Notes: generated by a model from the sequence alone, not told the origin. A DNA stretch of 64,000 nt from Solirubrobacterales bacterium (GCA_016185345.1 JACPNS010000002.1:2149-66148); one strand, 5' to 3'; shown: positions 28,668-37,905, counted from the first letter of the stretch. A program made the numbers and translations.

Positions 28668-29413
28668 GAACTCACCGATCGTTCATCCCACTCGTCGCGC
28701 TCACCTGCGTACTCCTGTTGACGACTGCCACCGCCCAGGCGAAGAGCGGCTCGTTCAAGGTCAGCGTGAGTGGCACCCAGAACTACAGCTGGTCACTCGA
28801 CGGAACCCGCGGTTCCTGCGAAATCCAACGCGGAGCTGGCTCGGGCACGAACAAGTTCACCTTCAAGTCTCCCAAGTCCGCCCCCTTCTTCGTCAGCACC
28901 TCGAGCGGGATCATGGGCAGCCTGAACGCCACCGCGAAGGGCAACCGCACCGGCTCCTTCAGCGTGACCACGGCAACCCCATGCCCGGGATATGAACCGG
29001 GCCTTCCGATGGTCGGCGACGCCTCTGGCTGCGGCGAGTACAAGTACAACCTGCGCATGGACTTCAAGCAGAAGGGAGCTTCCCAGTACGTGACAGGGCC
29101 CAGCCAGACCTACCCGCCCGGAGCCTGCCCCTCGCCGATCGACAGCGATATCTTGCTTTCGACGGATCTGGCGGCGTGCGGCGACATCCTCGGGATTTTG
29201 TACAGGCGAAGTTGGGGAGTCTCTGGCGCTGCGGGCCTGCTGGCCTCAAAGATTTCTCCTTCGATCAAGACTTTGCTCAAGACCCAGAAGGGCAGGTCAA
29301 AATCGATCACTGGCAAGGCGGCGGTTGAGTGCAAGCCAGCCTCCACGTTCTCAAGCCCGGTCACAATTCGCGCCGACCTCAAGTACACACTGACCTTCAA
29401 ACGAACCAGCTGA
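28655..29413 (+). CDS. secreted Cys-rich hypothetical protein
   Basis: Signal peptide IPLVALTCVLLLTTATAQA. Eight Cys. No motif recognised. Confidence 0.5.
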   Translation: MDCMRTHRSFIPLVALTCVLLLTTATAQAKSGSFKVSVSGTQNYSWSLDGTRGSCEIQRGAGSGTNKFTFKSPKSAPFFVSTSSGIMGSLNATAKGNRTGSFSVTTATPCPGYEPGLPMVGDASGCGEYKYNLRMDFKQKGASQYVTGPSQTYPPGACPSPIDSDILLSTDLAACGDILGILYRRSWGVSGAAGLLASKISPSIKTLLKTQKGRSKSITGKAAVECKPASTFSSPVTIRADLKYTLTFKRTS

Positions 29414-29417
29414 GCCA

Positions 29418-30158
29418 ATGAAGCGCATCGGACACAAGGGCGCCCACACAGTTGAACACGGCAATACGGCAGCGAGCTTTCACGCCGCGCGCGGACTCGC
29501 CGTGGACATGATCGAGTTCGACATCATGCGTTATCCCTACGAGGACCGCCATGACGGCAAGCTTGTTCTCGCGCACGACCCGAGTGACGCCGCAGAACGT
29601 GAGGGCAGGACGCTGCTGACCATGGAGCAGGGCCTCGACGTGCTCGCCTCGCCCGAGTTCGCAGACATCGGCCTCGACGTAGACATGAAGCACCGCGGCT
29701 TCGAGATGCAAGTGATCGACGCACTGCGCGAGCGCAATCTGCTCAGCCGCACGATGATCACAACGATGCACGCGGAGAGCCTCAAGCTGATCAACGAGCA
29801 CATGCAGCTCGGCGAGGTCAAGCTCGGCCTGACGATCCCAAAGGTCACGAAGGACTGGCTGAACATGCCCTCTGTCGTCAGGCCGATCATCGTTGCCGGC
29901 GTGATCGAACACCGACTGCGCCAACCCACGCGGGTCGCCAAGTTGATCGAGGCCGGCGACATCCAGGCCGTCATGGCGTTCTACTCCTTGATCTCGCCGC
30001 GCCTCGTCAAAGCGGTGCACGACGCAGGCGGCGAGCTTTACGCATGGACTGTCGACGACGCGGCAACGATCGAGCGATTGTTCGCGATGGGCGTCGACGG
30101 GATAGTCAGCAATGATCCGCGACTGTTTGATGAAGCGGCGGGTCGCGCCGCGGCATAG
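29418..30158 (+). CDS. glycerophosphodiester phosphodiesterase family protein
   Basis: IGHKGA...GNTAASF...MIEFDI. Confidence 0.7.
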   Translation: MKRIGHKGAHTVEHGNTAASFHAARGLAVDMIEFDIMRYPYEDRHDGKLVLAHDPSDAAEREGRTLLTMEQGLDVLASPEFADIGLDVDMKHRGFEMQVIDALRERNLLSRTMITTMHAESLKLINEHMQLGEVKLGLTIPKVTKDWLNMPSVVRPIIVAGVIEHRLRQPTRVAKLIEAGDIQAVMAFYSLISPRLVKAVHDAGGELYAWTVDDAATIERLFAMGVDGIVSNDPRLFDEAAGRAAA

Positions 30159-30167
30159 GATCGCGGG

Positions 30168-31292
30168 ATGCCCAAACACATTGACGTCCCGTCCGAAAAC
30201 GACATAAGGAAACTGATGTCGGTACGCGCAGATGCATGCGCGTCGATCTACATGCCGACCTCGCCGCTGCCGACTGAATCAGATGCAGCGCGGATCGAAT
30301 TCAAGACCCTCGCTTCGACTGCGGTGGAACGGTTGCGAGCTTCGGGCACGGATAAGCACGACGTCAACGCAATCCACGACGCGCTCCAGGAGCTCGACGA
30401 GGACGAGGGTTTCTGGCTGCACCAGGCGCACAGTCTTGCGGTGTTCGCGACGCCCGACTCACTGCGCACCTTCCGTTTGCCGAACAACCTGACCGAGCTC
30501 GTCGAAGTATCGGACCGTCTGCTGGTCAAGCCGCTGCTCAGGACGATCACATTCCCGCAGGCCGCATACGTACTGGCCCTTTCAGTCAACTCGACCCGTC
30601 TACTTGCGATTTCGCCCGATCGAGATCCAGCGGAGATCGACGTCCCGAACATGCCACGTGACGCCACGAGCGCTGTCGGCCTCGACTCACTGAAGGACAA
30701 CAACCCGACCTCGCGCACGCAGGGCAGCGCCGGTCGCAAACTGCGCCTGCGTCAGTACGCCCACCAGGTCGACCGCGCTTTGCGCCCGGTGATTGGTGCC
30801 AGCGACCTGCCGCTGATAATTGCGTCGACGGAACCACTCGAGTCGATCTTTCGCGCCACGACGCACTACCAACGCCTCGCGCCGATCAACATCGAAGGCA
30901 ACCCCGACGAGCGCACCGACGCGCAGCTCGCAGAAGCAGCGCGCAAGGTGCTGGACGTCGTCTACGCAGAGAAGATCGAGCAACTCAAGCAGACCTACGA
31001 GCTCCGTGCCAGCAAGGATCGCGCCACGACCGATCTTGCGCGGATCGCCAAAGCCGCGACGTTCGGCGCCGTCGACACACTGCTCGTGGACATCGACGTT
31101 TCGATCGACGGCCTTGTCGACGAAGAAACTGGCGACCTGCAGATCGACGAGAGCGACACGGTCAGCAACTACGGCATCGTCGACGAGATCGCCAAGCGCG
31201 TGATCGACTCGGGTGGCCGCGTGCTTGCTGTGCGCAAGGAGCAGGTGCCCGCAGGCGCCGATGCCGCGGCGATCCTGCGATTCGCCGTATGA
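30168..31292 (+). CDS. eRF1/Pelota-like protein (bacterial baeRF-type family), function unknown
   Basis: 374 aa. N-terminal ACASIYMPTSP and C-terminal GGRVLAVRKEQVPAGADAAAILRFAV resemble my memory of baeRF families. No search was run. Confidence 0.4.
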   Translation: MPKHIDVPSENDIRKLMSVRADACASIYMPTSPLPTESDAARIEFKTLASTAVERLRASGTDKHDVNAIHDALQELDEDEGFWLHQAHSLAVFATPDSLRTFRLPNNLTELVEVSDRLLVKPLLRTITFPQAAYVLALSVNSTRLLAISPDRDPAEIDVPNMPRDATSAVGLDSLKDNNPTSRTQGSAGRKLRLRQYAHQVDRALRPVIGASDLPLIIASTEPLESIFRATTHYQRLAPINIEGNPDERTDAQLAEAARKVLDVVYAEKIEQLKQTYELRASKDRATTDLARIAKAATFGAVDTLLVDIDVSIDGLVDEETGDLQIDESDTVSNYGIVDEIAKRVIDSGGRVLAVRKEQVPAGADAAAILRFAV

Positions 31293-31335
31293 GCTTGTCC
31301 GGACAGCTGATGACCTGTACCATCACCTGCTGCGC

Positions 31336-31408
31336 GGCGAGATAGCTCAGCTGGTAGAGCACACGACTGAAAATCGTGGTGTCCCCGGTTCGAATCCGGG
31401 TCTCGCCA
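31336..31408 (+). tRNA. tRNA-Phe (GAA)
   Basis: 73-nt cloverleaf: GGCGAGA/TCTCGCC acceptor stem, GCTCAGCTGGTAGAGC D-arm, anticodon loop CTGAAAA, GGTTCGAATCC T-arm. CCA not encoded. Confidence 0.9.
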
Positions 31409-31412
31409 TCCT

Positions 31413-32474
31413 TTATTTTTGGATCAGCCTCAGGTACTCCGCGCGGGCCGCAAACGTCTTGCGCATCTCGCCGGTCACTTCCCCGAGAAACTCCTCGCGG
31501 TACGTGCCGTCCGTGAAGACAGCGATTGCGTAGTAGAGACCGCTGAGAACCCCCACTGCCCCCGCGACCACGATCAGCTCGTCGCTGAGAGTGAAAGTCA
31601 CGCCGACCAGCCGCCACTCGGCGATCACGTCGATCCCGGCGCCAGTCCAGTTCTGCATCAGCTCGGCGCTGAGCGCGATCATTCCGAACAGCGCGAAGAA
31701 GACGCCGACCGCGACGGTCACGAGCAGTACCTGCAAGGACTGGGAGACGAACAACACGAGCCCGACGTTGATCCTCTGCGCTCGCCCGAGCGACGGCGCG
31801 TCGGCGTCGACTGAGTCGGCAATCCGATCGACTTCGCGCGGAAGTCGCACAAACAGGAACAGTGCGCCGACGAGCACGAACAGGATCCCGACTGCGATGA
31901 GGTTCCCGCGTCCCATGTCGGCGAAGACCTGCCAGACCTCGACGGTCATGAAGAGCACCACCGAGAAAAGCATCAAGAGCGGAAGGGCTCGCGCGATCAG
32001 TGCGAGCGAGCCAGCCAGCTGACCGAACAGCCGCCGTCCGGCCCAATGCAATATCCAAAGCAGGCCGAAGGCAGTGACGGCGTAGATCACGGCCAGGACA
32101 AGAAGGTTCCCGGCCAACGTGACCAACGCGCTCACCCACTGCTGATTGAAAATCAACGGAATAAGCGCGGGAATCACTACGAAGCCCGCGAGTTCGGATT
32201 TGCCGATGTCGGTCGGTCGCTCAAACGCAGATCGGCCACGGACGCGATTGGCGATCATCCAGGTGATCGCAAGCAGGCTCAGACCGCCGATCAGCGCAAG
32301 TAGATTCGCCCACCAGGCCCACGTCAGATCGATCGCGCCGAGAAACTCAACCCAGAAAATCAGCGCGAGCAGACCGGCGGCGCGAGTCCAGATGTCCTTC
32401 GAGGCGTCGCGCTCGGCAATCAGCAACGGCAGCCCCGCGCGTCGGAACTGATCCTCGTATTTCTTGCGCTCCAC
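31413..32474 (-). CDS. polytopic membrane protein, unknown function
   Basis: About 8 hydrophobic segments. I prefer the GTG 32474 start (VERKKYEDQFRRAGLPLL). The track ORF extends to 32615. Confidence 0.5.
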   Translation of the reverse strand: MERKKYEDQFRRAGLPLLIAERDASKDIWTRAAGLLALIFWVEFLGAIDLTWAWWANLLALIGGLSLLAITWMIANRVRGRSAFERPTDIGKSELAGFVVIPALIPLIFNQQWVSALVTLAGNLLVLAVIYAVTAFGLLWILHWAGRRLFGQLAGSLALIARALPLLMLFSVVLFMTVEVWQVFADMGRGNLIAVGILFVLVGALFLFVRLPREVDRIADSVDADAPSLGRAQRINVGLVLFVSQSLQVLLVTVAVGVFFALFGMIALSAELMQNWTGAGIDVIAEWRLVGVTFTLSDELIVVAGAVGVLSGLYYAIAVFTDGTYREEFLGEVTGEMRKTFAARAEYLRLIQK

Positions 32475-32545
32475 CCTCGCAGCGTCGCGTGCGAGTGGGA
32501 CGGAAAACGGCGATCGTCTGGCGAGAAATCTAAAGCAGATCGCAA

Positions 32546-32557
32546 ATTCGGCCGAAT
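32546..32557. promoter_or_regulatory. perfect 12-bp palindrome in a divergent promoter region
   Basis: ATTCGGCCGAAT, between the membrane-protein start and gene A (32627). Confidence 0.3.
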
Positions 32558-32626
32558 ACCTCTGCAAGGCGTGCCTGAGCAGACACTCGCGCGTCTTTTT
32601 CAAACAATCCCTCAAGGAGATTCATA

Positions 32627-33091
32627 ATGAACAAGAAGTCAAAGCGCGTGAGCGTTGGTCTTGGCCTGTTCCTCGTATTCGCCCTCGCAGCTGGTGGAGC
32701 GTACGCATACTGGACGAACAACGGCACCGGCACCGGCACCGCGAGTACTGCCACCCCCGCAGCCGGTCAGCTCAGCGCCAGCGGTAACGCAATCAGCGGT
32801 CTCGCACCGGGCGTTGCGGCACAGACCCTCACTGGCACGATCACGAACAACGGCACGAACAGCTACACAGTGACCGGTCTCAGTGCCGCAATCACCGGTG
32901 TCGCCGGTGGCGCAGGGCCCGGATGCGACGCAACGGATTACATACTGGTCCAGCCGTCAGGCGTGGGCGGAGCACTCGCCGCAGCCGCAAGCATGCCGTT
33001 CAGCAGTGGTTCGATCGCCTTCAACAACAAGGCGACCAACCAGGACGACTGCAAGGGCGCGACCGTCACGATCACCTACACGGTCTCCTAG
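32627..33091 (+). CDS. small secreted protein with TasA/SipW-type 'alternate' signal peptide (putative fibre subunit, gene A)
   Basis: SD AGGAGA 6 nt upstream. MNKKSKRVSVGLGLFLVFALAAGGAYAYWTNNG. The mature part is T/G/A/N-rich with almost no charged residues. Two Cys (GPGCDATDY, NQDDCKGATVTITY). Confidence 0.6.
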   Translation: MNKKSKRVSVGLGLFLVFALAAGGAYAYWTNNGTGTGTASTATPAAGQLSASGNAISGLAPGVAAQTLTGTITNNGTNSYTVTGLSAAITGVAGGAGPGCDATDYILVQPSGVGGALAAAASMPFSSGSIAFNNKATNQDDCKGATVTITYTVS

Positions 33092-33112
33092 GGGAGCTCG
33101 CGAAGGGAAATA

Positions 33113-33180
33113 GAGGGATTGTGTTGGCAATGAGCAGCCGGACCAGCGTGTCTGGCTGTTCGTTGCCGTTTCTCTCCCTC
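33113..33180 (+). promoter_or_regulatory. long intercistronic RNA hairpin (possible attenuator or mRNA stabiliser)
   Basis: GGCAATGAGCAGCC (33126-39) pairs with GGCTGTTCGTTGCC (33154-67): 14 bp including two G-U pairs that work only on the + strand. Outer GAGGGA/TCCCTC. No U-tract. Confidence 0.5.
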
Positions 33181-33201
33181 GTGACGCACTGAGCTGAAAC
33201 C

Positions 33202-33789
33202 ATGTCCGCAGACGGCAACCGGTTGGCCTCCCGCACAGCGATTCTGCTGGTGTGTGGACTTGTCGCATTCGCGACGGGTGCCATCGTCGTGCATGCTGCG
33301 ACTTCGGCTCAGGTGGCCGCGAAAAAAAAGCGGAAGGGGCCGGCCTGGCCCTCTTTCATGATTCGCGCAGAGGTGGCTCAGGGTCTCGCCCCGGGCAAGA
33401 ACGTCCCGATCAAGATCTCAATCGCCAACAACCGGCTCAAACCAATCTGGATCAGGCGGCTGTCCGTACGGTTGGCGATCGATGACAAGCATGCCCGCGC
33501 CGGATGCGACGTCGATCGCGACTACCACGTCGTGCAAATGCCGAGGGCCGTGTTCCCATTCAAGGTCGCAAGTTACTACCGGGCGACCAAGACGAGCCCA
33601 GCGCGGCTGCGCTGGCTGAAGCTGCGCGACCGCCGCACCCGCGGGAGGCCGATTCTGATGATGCGCAACCTGCCGTCGGTCAATCAGAACGCCTGCAAGG
33701 GCGCGACGCTGAAACTGACTTTCATGACCAATTCAACGTTGAAGAAGCCCGTGCGCAAGAAGGCCTGGAAGGCGTCGGTGCTGCCGTGA
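33202..33789 (+). CDS. basic membrane-anchored protein sharing the two-Cys module of gene A (gene B)
   Basis: N-terminal TM ILLVCGLVAFATGAIVV. RAGCDVDRDY...NQNACKGATLKLTF parallels gene A. Lys/Arg-rich. Confidence 0.55.
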   Translation: MSADGNRLASRTAILLVCGLVAFATGAIVVHAATSAQVAAKKKRKGPAWPSFMIRAEVAQGLAPGKNVPIKISIANNRLKPIWIRRLSVRLAIDDKHARAGCDVDRDYHVVQMPRAVFPFKVASYYRATKTSPARLRWLKLRDRRTRGRPILMMRNLPSVNQNACKGATLKLTFMTNSTLKKPVRKKAWKASVLP

Positions 33790-36446
33790 GGGCGGCTCGG
33801 CGCACAAACTTGATCGCTGCCCTGGCGCTGGCGTGCACGCTGGTGGCAACTTCAGTGGCATCCGCCTACTGGACCAGCAGCGGCTTTGGCACAGCCAGCG
33901 CCGTGACCGCGACGATGCCCGGCGGCGTCACGCCAACGGTCTCGGTCGTGGGTACGACCGTGACCGTGAGCATTTCACAGGTCAGCGTGAGCGGCCAGCT
34001 CGTGGGAGCACTCGGAGGTGGCTACATCGTCAAGCGCTATCCCGCATCTGGCGGCGCGGCAGTGACACCCGGCGGAACCTGCGGCGCAACAGTGACAGGG
34101 CCGTCCGCGAGTCTCAGTTGCACAGAGACAAGCACTCCTCGCGGGGACTGGCGATACACGGTCTCGCCCATGCTTTACCAGTGGACGAGCGCCGAAAGCG
34201 CCGCCAGCGCGATGGTGGTGCTCCCGCCAGACGCCGCGTCGGGCCTTGGCGCGACGCGCGCACCGGCTGCAGATATGGACCTCTCTTGGACGGCAGGCGC
34301 CGGCGCAACCGGCTACAACGTCTACCGCCGCGCCACTGCCGGTGCCTATAACTTCGCCACGCCGCTCAACGGTGCGACCCCCGTCAGCGGCACCACCTAC
34401 ACCGACACCACATCGGTCAGTGGAACCTCATACAACTACGTCGTCCGCAGCGTCGTGATCGGTAGTGGCGGACAACAGATCGCCAGCGGGAACAGCAACG
34501 AAACTGCTGCGCTCGTCGCCGATGGCACCAACCCGACCGGAGTGACGCTTGCCGCGATACCCACAAACCTCAGCGCCGACGAAACCTTCACTGGAAACGC
34601 CAACGACACCGTCTCGGGTGTGGCAACCGTGTACTTCGAGTATCGGACCAGCCCAGCCGGAGCGTGGACCGAGGCATGCGCCGAAACCGTGTCGCCCTAC
34701 ACCTGCGACTTCGACACCACAGCTGTCGCTGACGGCCTGTACGACTTCCGTACCCGCGCAGTCGATGGCGCCGGCAATACCACCAGCTCGACCGTCCAGA
34801 CGAACCGTCGGATCGACAACACCGATCCGACGACGACTGTCAATGCGGTCGCGGCATACGTGCGTGGCACGATCGCGCTTGGCGGAACCGCGGCAGACCC
34901 GGGTTCGGGCCTCGCATCGATCTCGCTGCAGTATCGATTGGTCGGCGCGCCGACCTGGACGACGCTCTGCACTCCCGCAGCAAGCCCCGTTTCGTGCAAT
35001 CTCAACACGGCGACCCGCCCCGACGGCCTCTACGAGATGCAGCTGGTCGCCACCGACAACGCTGGGAATGTCGGCATCGACACCGGCAACGTCTCGTTCA
35101 CTATCGACAACACCGCGCCGACGATCGCGATGACCAACCCCGGCGCGAACCTCGCCGGAATCGAACTGCTCGAAAGCGCGGTCAGCGATGCCGGATCCGG
35201 CGTCGCCGCCGTCCAGTACCAGTACAAGCTTTCTTCGGGCGCAACCTGGATCAACGCCTGCAGCAGCGCGGTGACTCCGTACTCATGCAACTTCAACACC
35301 GCCACCGTGGCCGACGGCATATACGACTTCCGCGCAATCGCAACCGACGCGCTCGGCACCCAGGCGACATCGGCGACGATCGCCACCCGCGTGATCGACA
35401 ACACGAGTCCGGCGACGGTGGCGGTCACAAATCCCGGCACCCCGCTGCGCGCAACCATCACGCTGAACGCCACGGCTACTGACACCGGAGGCGGAATCGC
35501 CAACGTCGCAATTCAGCGCTCACCCGCGGGTCTGAACACCTGGACGACAATCTGTACGAACACGACGAGCCCGTACGCCTGCAGCTTCGACACGACAACC
35601 GTTTCCGACGGGCTCTACGACCTCCGCGCTATCGCAACCGACAACTCGAGCAACTCCGCGACCTCGGCTGTCATCGCGGGCCGCCGGATCGACAACACCG
35701 CCCCCGCGGTAGCCCTCACCGATCCGGGAACCCCGCGCCGCGGCACCGTGGCGCTGGCCGCAACCGCGACCGACTGCGGTTCGGGAATGGCGTCAGTCGC
35801 CTTCGAGTACACGCTCACCGGCGGCGCTACCTGGACAACGATCTCAACCGACGCCGCGACCCCATTCGCCGCTTCGTTTGCCACTGCAGCGCTGAACGGC
35901 ACCTATGACATCCGCGCGATGGCGACTGACCTCGCGGGCAATCAGTCGACCTCTGTGGTTACGGGCATCGTTCTTGACAACACTGCGCCGACTGCGGTTG
36001 ACATCCAGACCGCGAACGGTGGCGGCACGCTGGGCCGACCGGACGCCGGCGACACGATCACGTTCACTTTCTCCGAGCCGATGGCCCCAGCAACATTCCT
36101 CGCCGGCTGGACCGGAGTGAGCACAGCGGTGCGCGTGCGACTCAGCAACGCCGGCACGGACCGCTTGCGCATTCGCAATGCCGCCGGCAACGTCATTCTG
36201 CCCTTTGGCAGTGTGAGAATCGGCGGTGCCTGGGTGACGGCAACAGCGAACTTCAACGCAACAATGGTGATGGTTGGAAGCACCGTGGTCGTAACGATGG
36301 GAACGCAGATCAACGGGACCGTCGGAACAAGCGCGACGACGTACACGATGAACTGGACCCCGTCGGCCACCGCCACCGATGCGGCCGGCAACCCGATGAG
36401 CACGACGTCTCGAAACGAGACCGGCGCGGCCGACCGCGAGTTCTAA
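33786..36446 (+). CDS. large surface protein: TasA/SipW-type signal, FN3-like module, five Ig-like repeats, SbsA-Ig-like end domain (gene C)
   Basis: GTG 33786 overlaps the gene B stop (ccGTGAgg). VRAARRTNLIAALALACTLVATSVASAYWTSSG. The track ORF (33504) overlaps gene B upstream, so I exclude that part. Confidence 0.7.
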   Translation: MRAARRTNLIAALALACTLVATSVASAYWTSSGFGTASAVTATMPGGVTPTVSVVGTTVTVSISQVSVSGQLVGALGGGYIVKRYPASGGAAVTPGGTCGATVTGPSASLSCTETSTPRGDWRYTVSPMLYQWTSAESAASAMVVLPPDAASGLGATRAPAADMDLSWTAGAGATGYNVYRRATAGAYNFATPLNGATPVSGTTYTDTTSVSGTSYNYVVRSVVIGSGGQQIASGNSNETAALVADGTNPTGVTLAAIPTNLSADETFTGNANDTVSGVATVYFEYRTSPAGAWTEACAETVSPYTCDFDTTAVADGLYDFRTRAVDGAGNTTSSTVQTNRRIDNTDPTTTVNAVAAYVRGTIALGGTAADPGSGLASISLQYRLVGAPTWTTLCTPAASPVSCNLNTATRPDGLYEMQLVATDNAGNVGIDTGNVSFTIDNTAPTIAMTNPGANLAGIELLESAVSDAGSGVAAVQYQYKLSSGATWINACSSAVTPYSCNFNTATVADGIYDFRAIATDALGTQATSATIATRVIDNTSPATVAVTNPGTPLRATITLNATATDTGGGIANVAIQRSPAGLNTWTTICTNTTSPYACSFDTTTVSDGLYDLRAIATDNSSNSATSAVIAGRRIDNTAPAVALTDPGTPRRGTVALAATATDCGSGMASVAFEYTLTGGATWTTISTDAATPFAASFATAALNGTYDIRAMATDLAGNQSTSVVTGIVLDNTAPTAVDIQTANGGGTLGRPDAGDTITFTFSEPMAPATFLAGWTGVSTAVRVRLSNAGTDRLRIRNAAGNVILPFGSVRIGGAWVTATANFNATMVMVGSTVVVTMGTQINGTVGTSATTYTMNWTPSATATDAAGNPMSTTSRNETGAADREF
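34521..35972 (+). repeat. five in-frame tandem ~291-bp repeats (Ig-like domains) inside gene C
   Basis: Repeat boundary motifs DGTNPT, IDNTDPT, IDNTAPT, IDNTSPA, IDNTAPA, LDNTAPT spaced 95-98 aa apart. Four of the five repeats keep a Cys pair (e.g. ACAETVSPYTCDFDT). Confidence 0.7.
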
Positions 36447-37822
36447 CGCCGCGGCGTGAAGGTGCCGACGCCGCCGTTGCCCGGCGCGAACGTGACGCTT
36501 CGAAAGCCCCACGGTTCAAACTTCTCGTCGGTCGGCGCAAGGTCAAAGCGATCGAGCATGCGCTCCATCACTGCGTTGAACTCCATGCGCGCGAATGCCG
36601 CTCCAATGCAGCGACGTACACCACCACCGAACGGGATGTACGCGTAGTTCGACGGGCGTTCCTCGAGGAAGCGCTCGGGCCGGAACTCAAGCGGATCCTT
36701 GAAGAGGTTCGGGTCAAAGTGAGTGAGCGCCGGGTTGCAACCGATCCGCGTGTCCACCGGGAGGCGGTAGCCGTTCAAAACGTAGGGCTGCTTCTGCACG
36801 CTGCGCACGGCGAGTGAAACTGTCGGTCGGATGCGCAGCGTCTCATCAAAGACAACGTTCAGGTAATCGGCCTCGCCCGCGCGTACGGACTCGGTCAGTT
36901 TTCCGAGCACCTCGGGGCTACGCGAGAGGCGCTCAACTGCCCACGAAAGGGTGCTGGCCGTTGTCTCGTGACCGGCGATCATCATTGTCATCAGCTGATC
37001 GCGGACCTCCTCGTCGCTCATCGGCGTGCCGTCTTCGTGCGTTGCCTGAACGAGCAAGGACATGACGTCTGTGCGCTCGGCGAGCTTCGGGTCGTGGCGG
37101 GCCTCTTCCATCAAGCCATACAGAACTTCGTCTACCGCGTCGCGCAGGCGCAGGAATTTGCCCCACGGACTTCGCGGACCGAGGTCCTTCTGTGCAAAGC
37201 GCAACAGCACGACCTTCGTCGCAACGTCGACGGTCTGGGGCACGAGGTCTTCGAGCTGGGTGAGCGACTCGTCGTGCGCGCCGAAGATCGTCTTCAAGAT
37301 CGCGCGCAGCGTGATGCGCTGCATCGGCTCGATCGTGCGCATCGGCTCACCGGTCTTCCAGGTGTCCATCTCCTCGTCGGCGATCTCGGCGAACGCGCCG
37401 GCGTAGGACTGCATGCGCTCCCCGTGGAACGGCGGCAGAAGGATGCGGCGCTGACGCAGATGAATGTCTTCGTCGATCGCAAGCAGCGAGTTCGCGCCCA
37501 GGACAGCGCCCAGCGGGCTGCCGGTCCCGGCATGAAGAAGCTTCGCATCGGCGGTGAGAGTCTGCTTGATCAGGTCCGGGTCGGAGATGATCACGAAGTC
37601 CGGAAAACCCAGCAGCTTGATTGAGAACATCTCCCCGTACTTGCGGTGAGCACGACGCATCATCGGGATGTTGCGCACGAGGAAGCCGAGCGACTGAATC
37701 GACTGCGGCATTCGAACGCCCGGCGGCAGACCATCGATCACGGGAGCACTTGGCGCCGCCTCGGGCTGTGGCTTGGTCGGAGATTCAACGGCCATCGTTC
37801 TGCTCGACTTTCGTACTTGCAC
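36443..37822 (-). CDS. cytochrome P450
   Basis: I-helix AGHETT, ETLRIRP, heme loop FGGGVRRCIGAAFA. Confidence 0.85.
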   Translation of the reverse strand: MQVRKSSRTMAVESPTKPQPEAAPSAPVIDGLPPGVRMPQSIQSLGFLVRNIPMMRRAHRKYGEMFSIKLLGFPDFVIISDPDLIKQTLTADAKLLHAGTGSPLGAVLGANSLLAIDEDIHLRQRRILLPPFHGERMQSYAGAFAEIADEEMDTWKTGEPMRTIEPMQRITLRAILKTIFGAHDESLTQLEDLVPQTVDVATKVVLLRFAQKDLGPRSPWGKFLRLRDAVDEVLYGLMEEARHDPKLAERTDVMSLLVQATHEDGTPMSDEEVRDQLMTMMIAGHETTASTLSWAVERLSRSPEVLGKLTESVRAGEADYLNVVFDETLRIRPTVSLAVRSVQKQPYVLNGYRLPVDTRIGCNPALTHFDPNLFKDPLEFRPERFLEERPSNYAYIPFGGGVRRCIGAAFARMEFNAVMERMLDRFDLAPTDEKFEPWGFRSVTFAPGNGGVGTFTPRR

Positions 37823-37876
37823 TTATTGAAGGTGGCGCGGATTCCTCATTTGGGGGGGTATGAGGAACCCGCCGCT

Positions 37877-37892
37877 GGTACACGCGTGTACC
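37877..37892. promoter_or_regulatory. candidate TetR operator 1
   Basis: Perfect 16-bp palindrome GGTACACGCGTGTACC. Confidence 0.5.
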
Positions 37893-37905
37893 GCTTGACG
37901 TTGAT

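Noticed and set aside
31162-32139. 325-aa - strand ORF running through tRNA-Phe
   Set aside because: It overlaps a tRNA gene and, in another frame, the same-strand membrane-protein ORF, which shows coherent TM segments. The product is extremely Arg-rich.
34521-35972. ~291-bp periodic DNA repeats, checked as a possible CRISPR array, satellite or mobile repeat
   Set aside because: The repeats are in frame, diverged at the nucleotide level, and encode Ig-like domains of one long ORF. No short conserved direct repeats with unique spacers are present.
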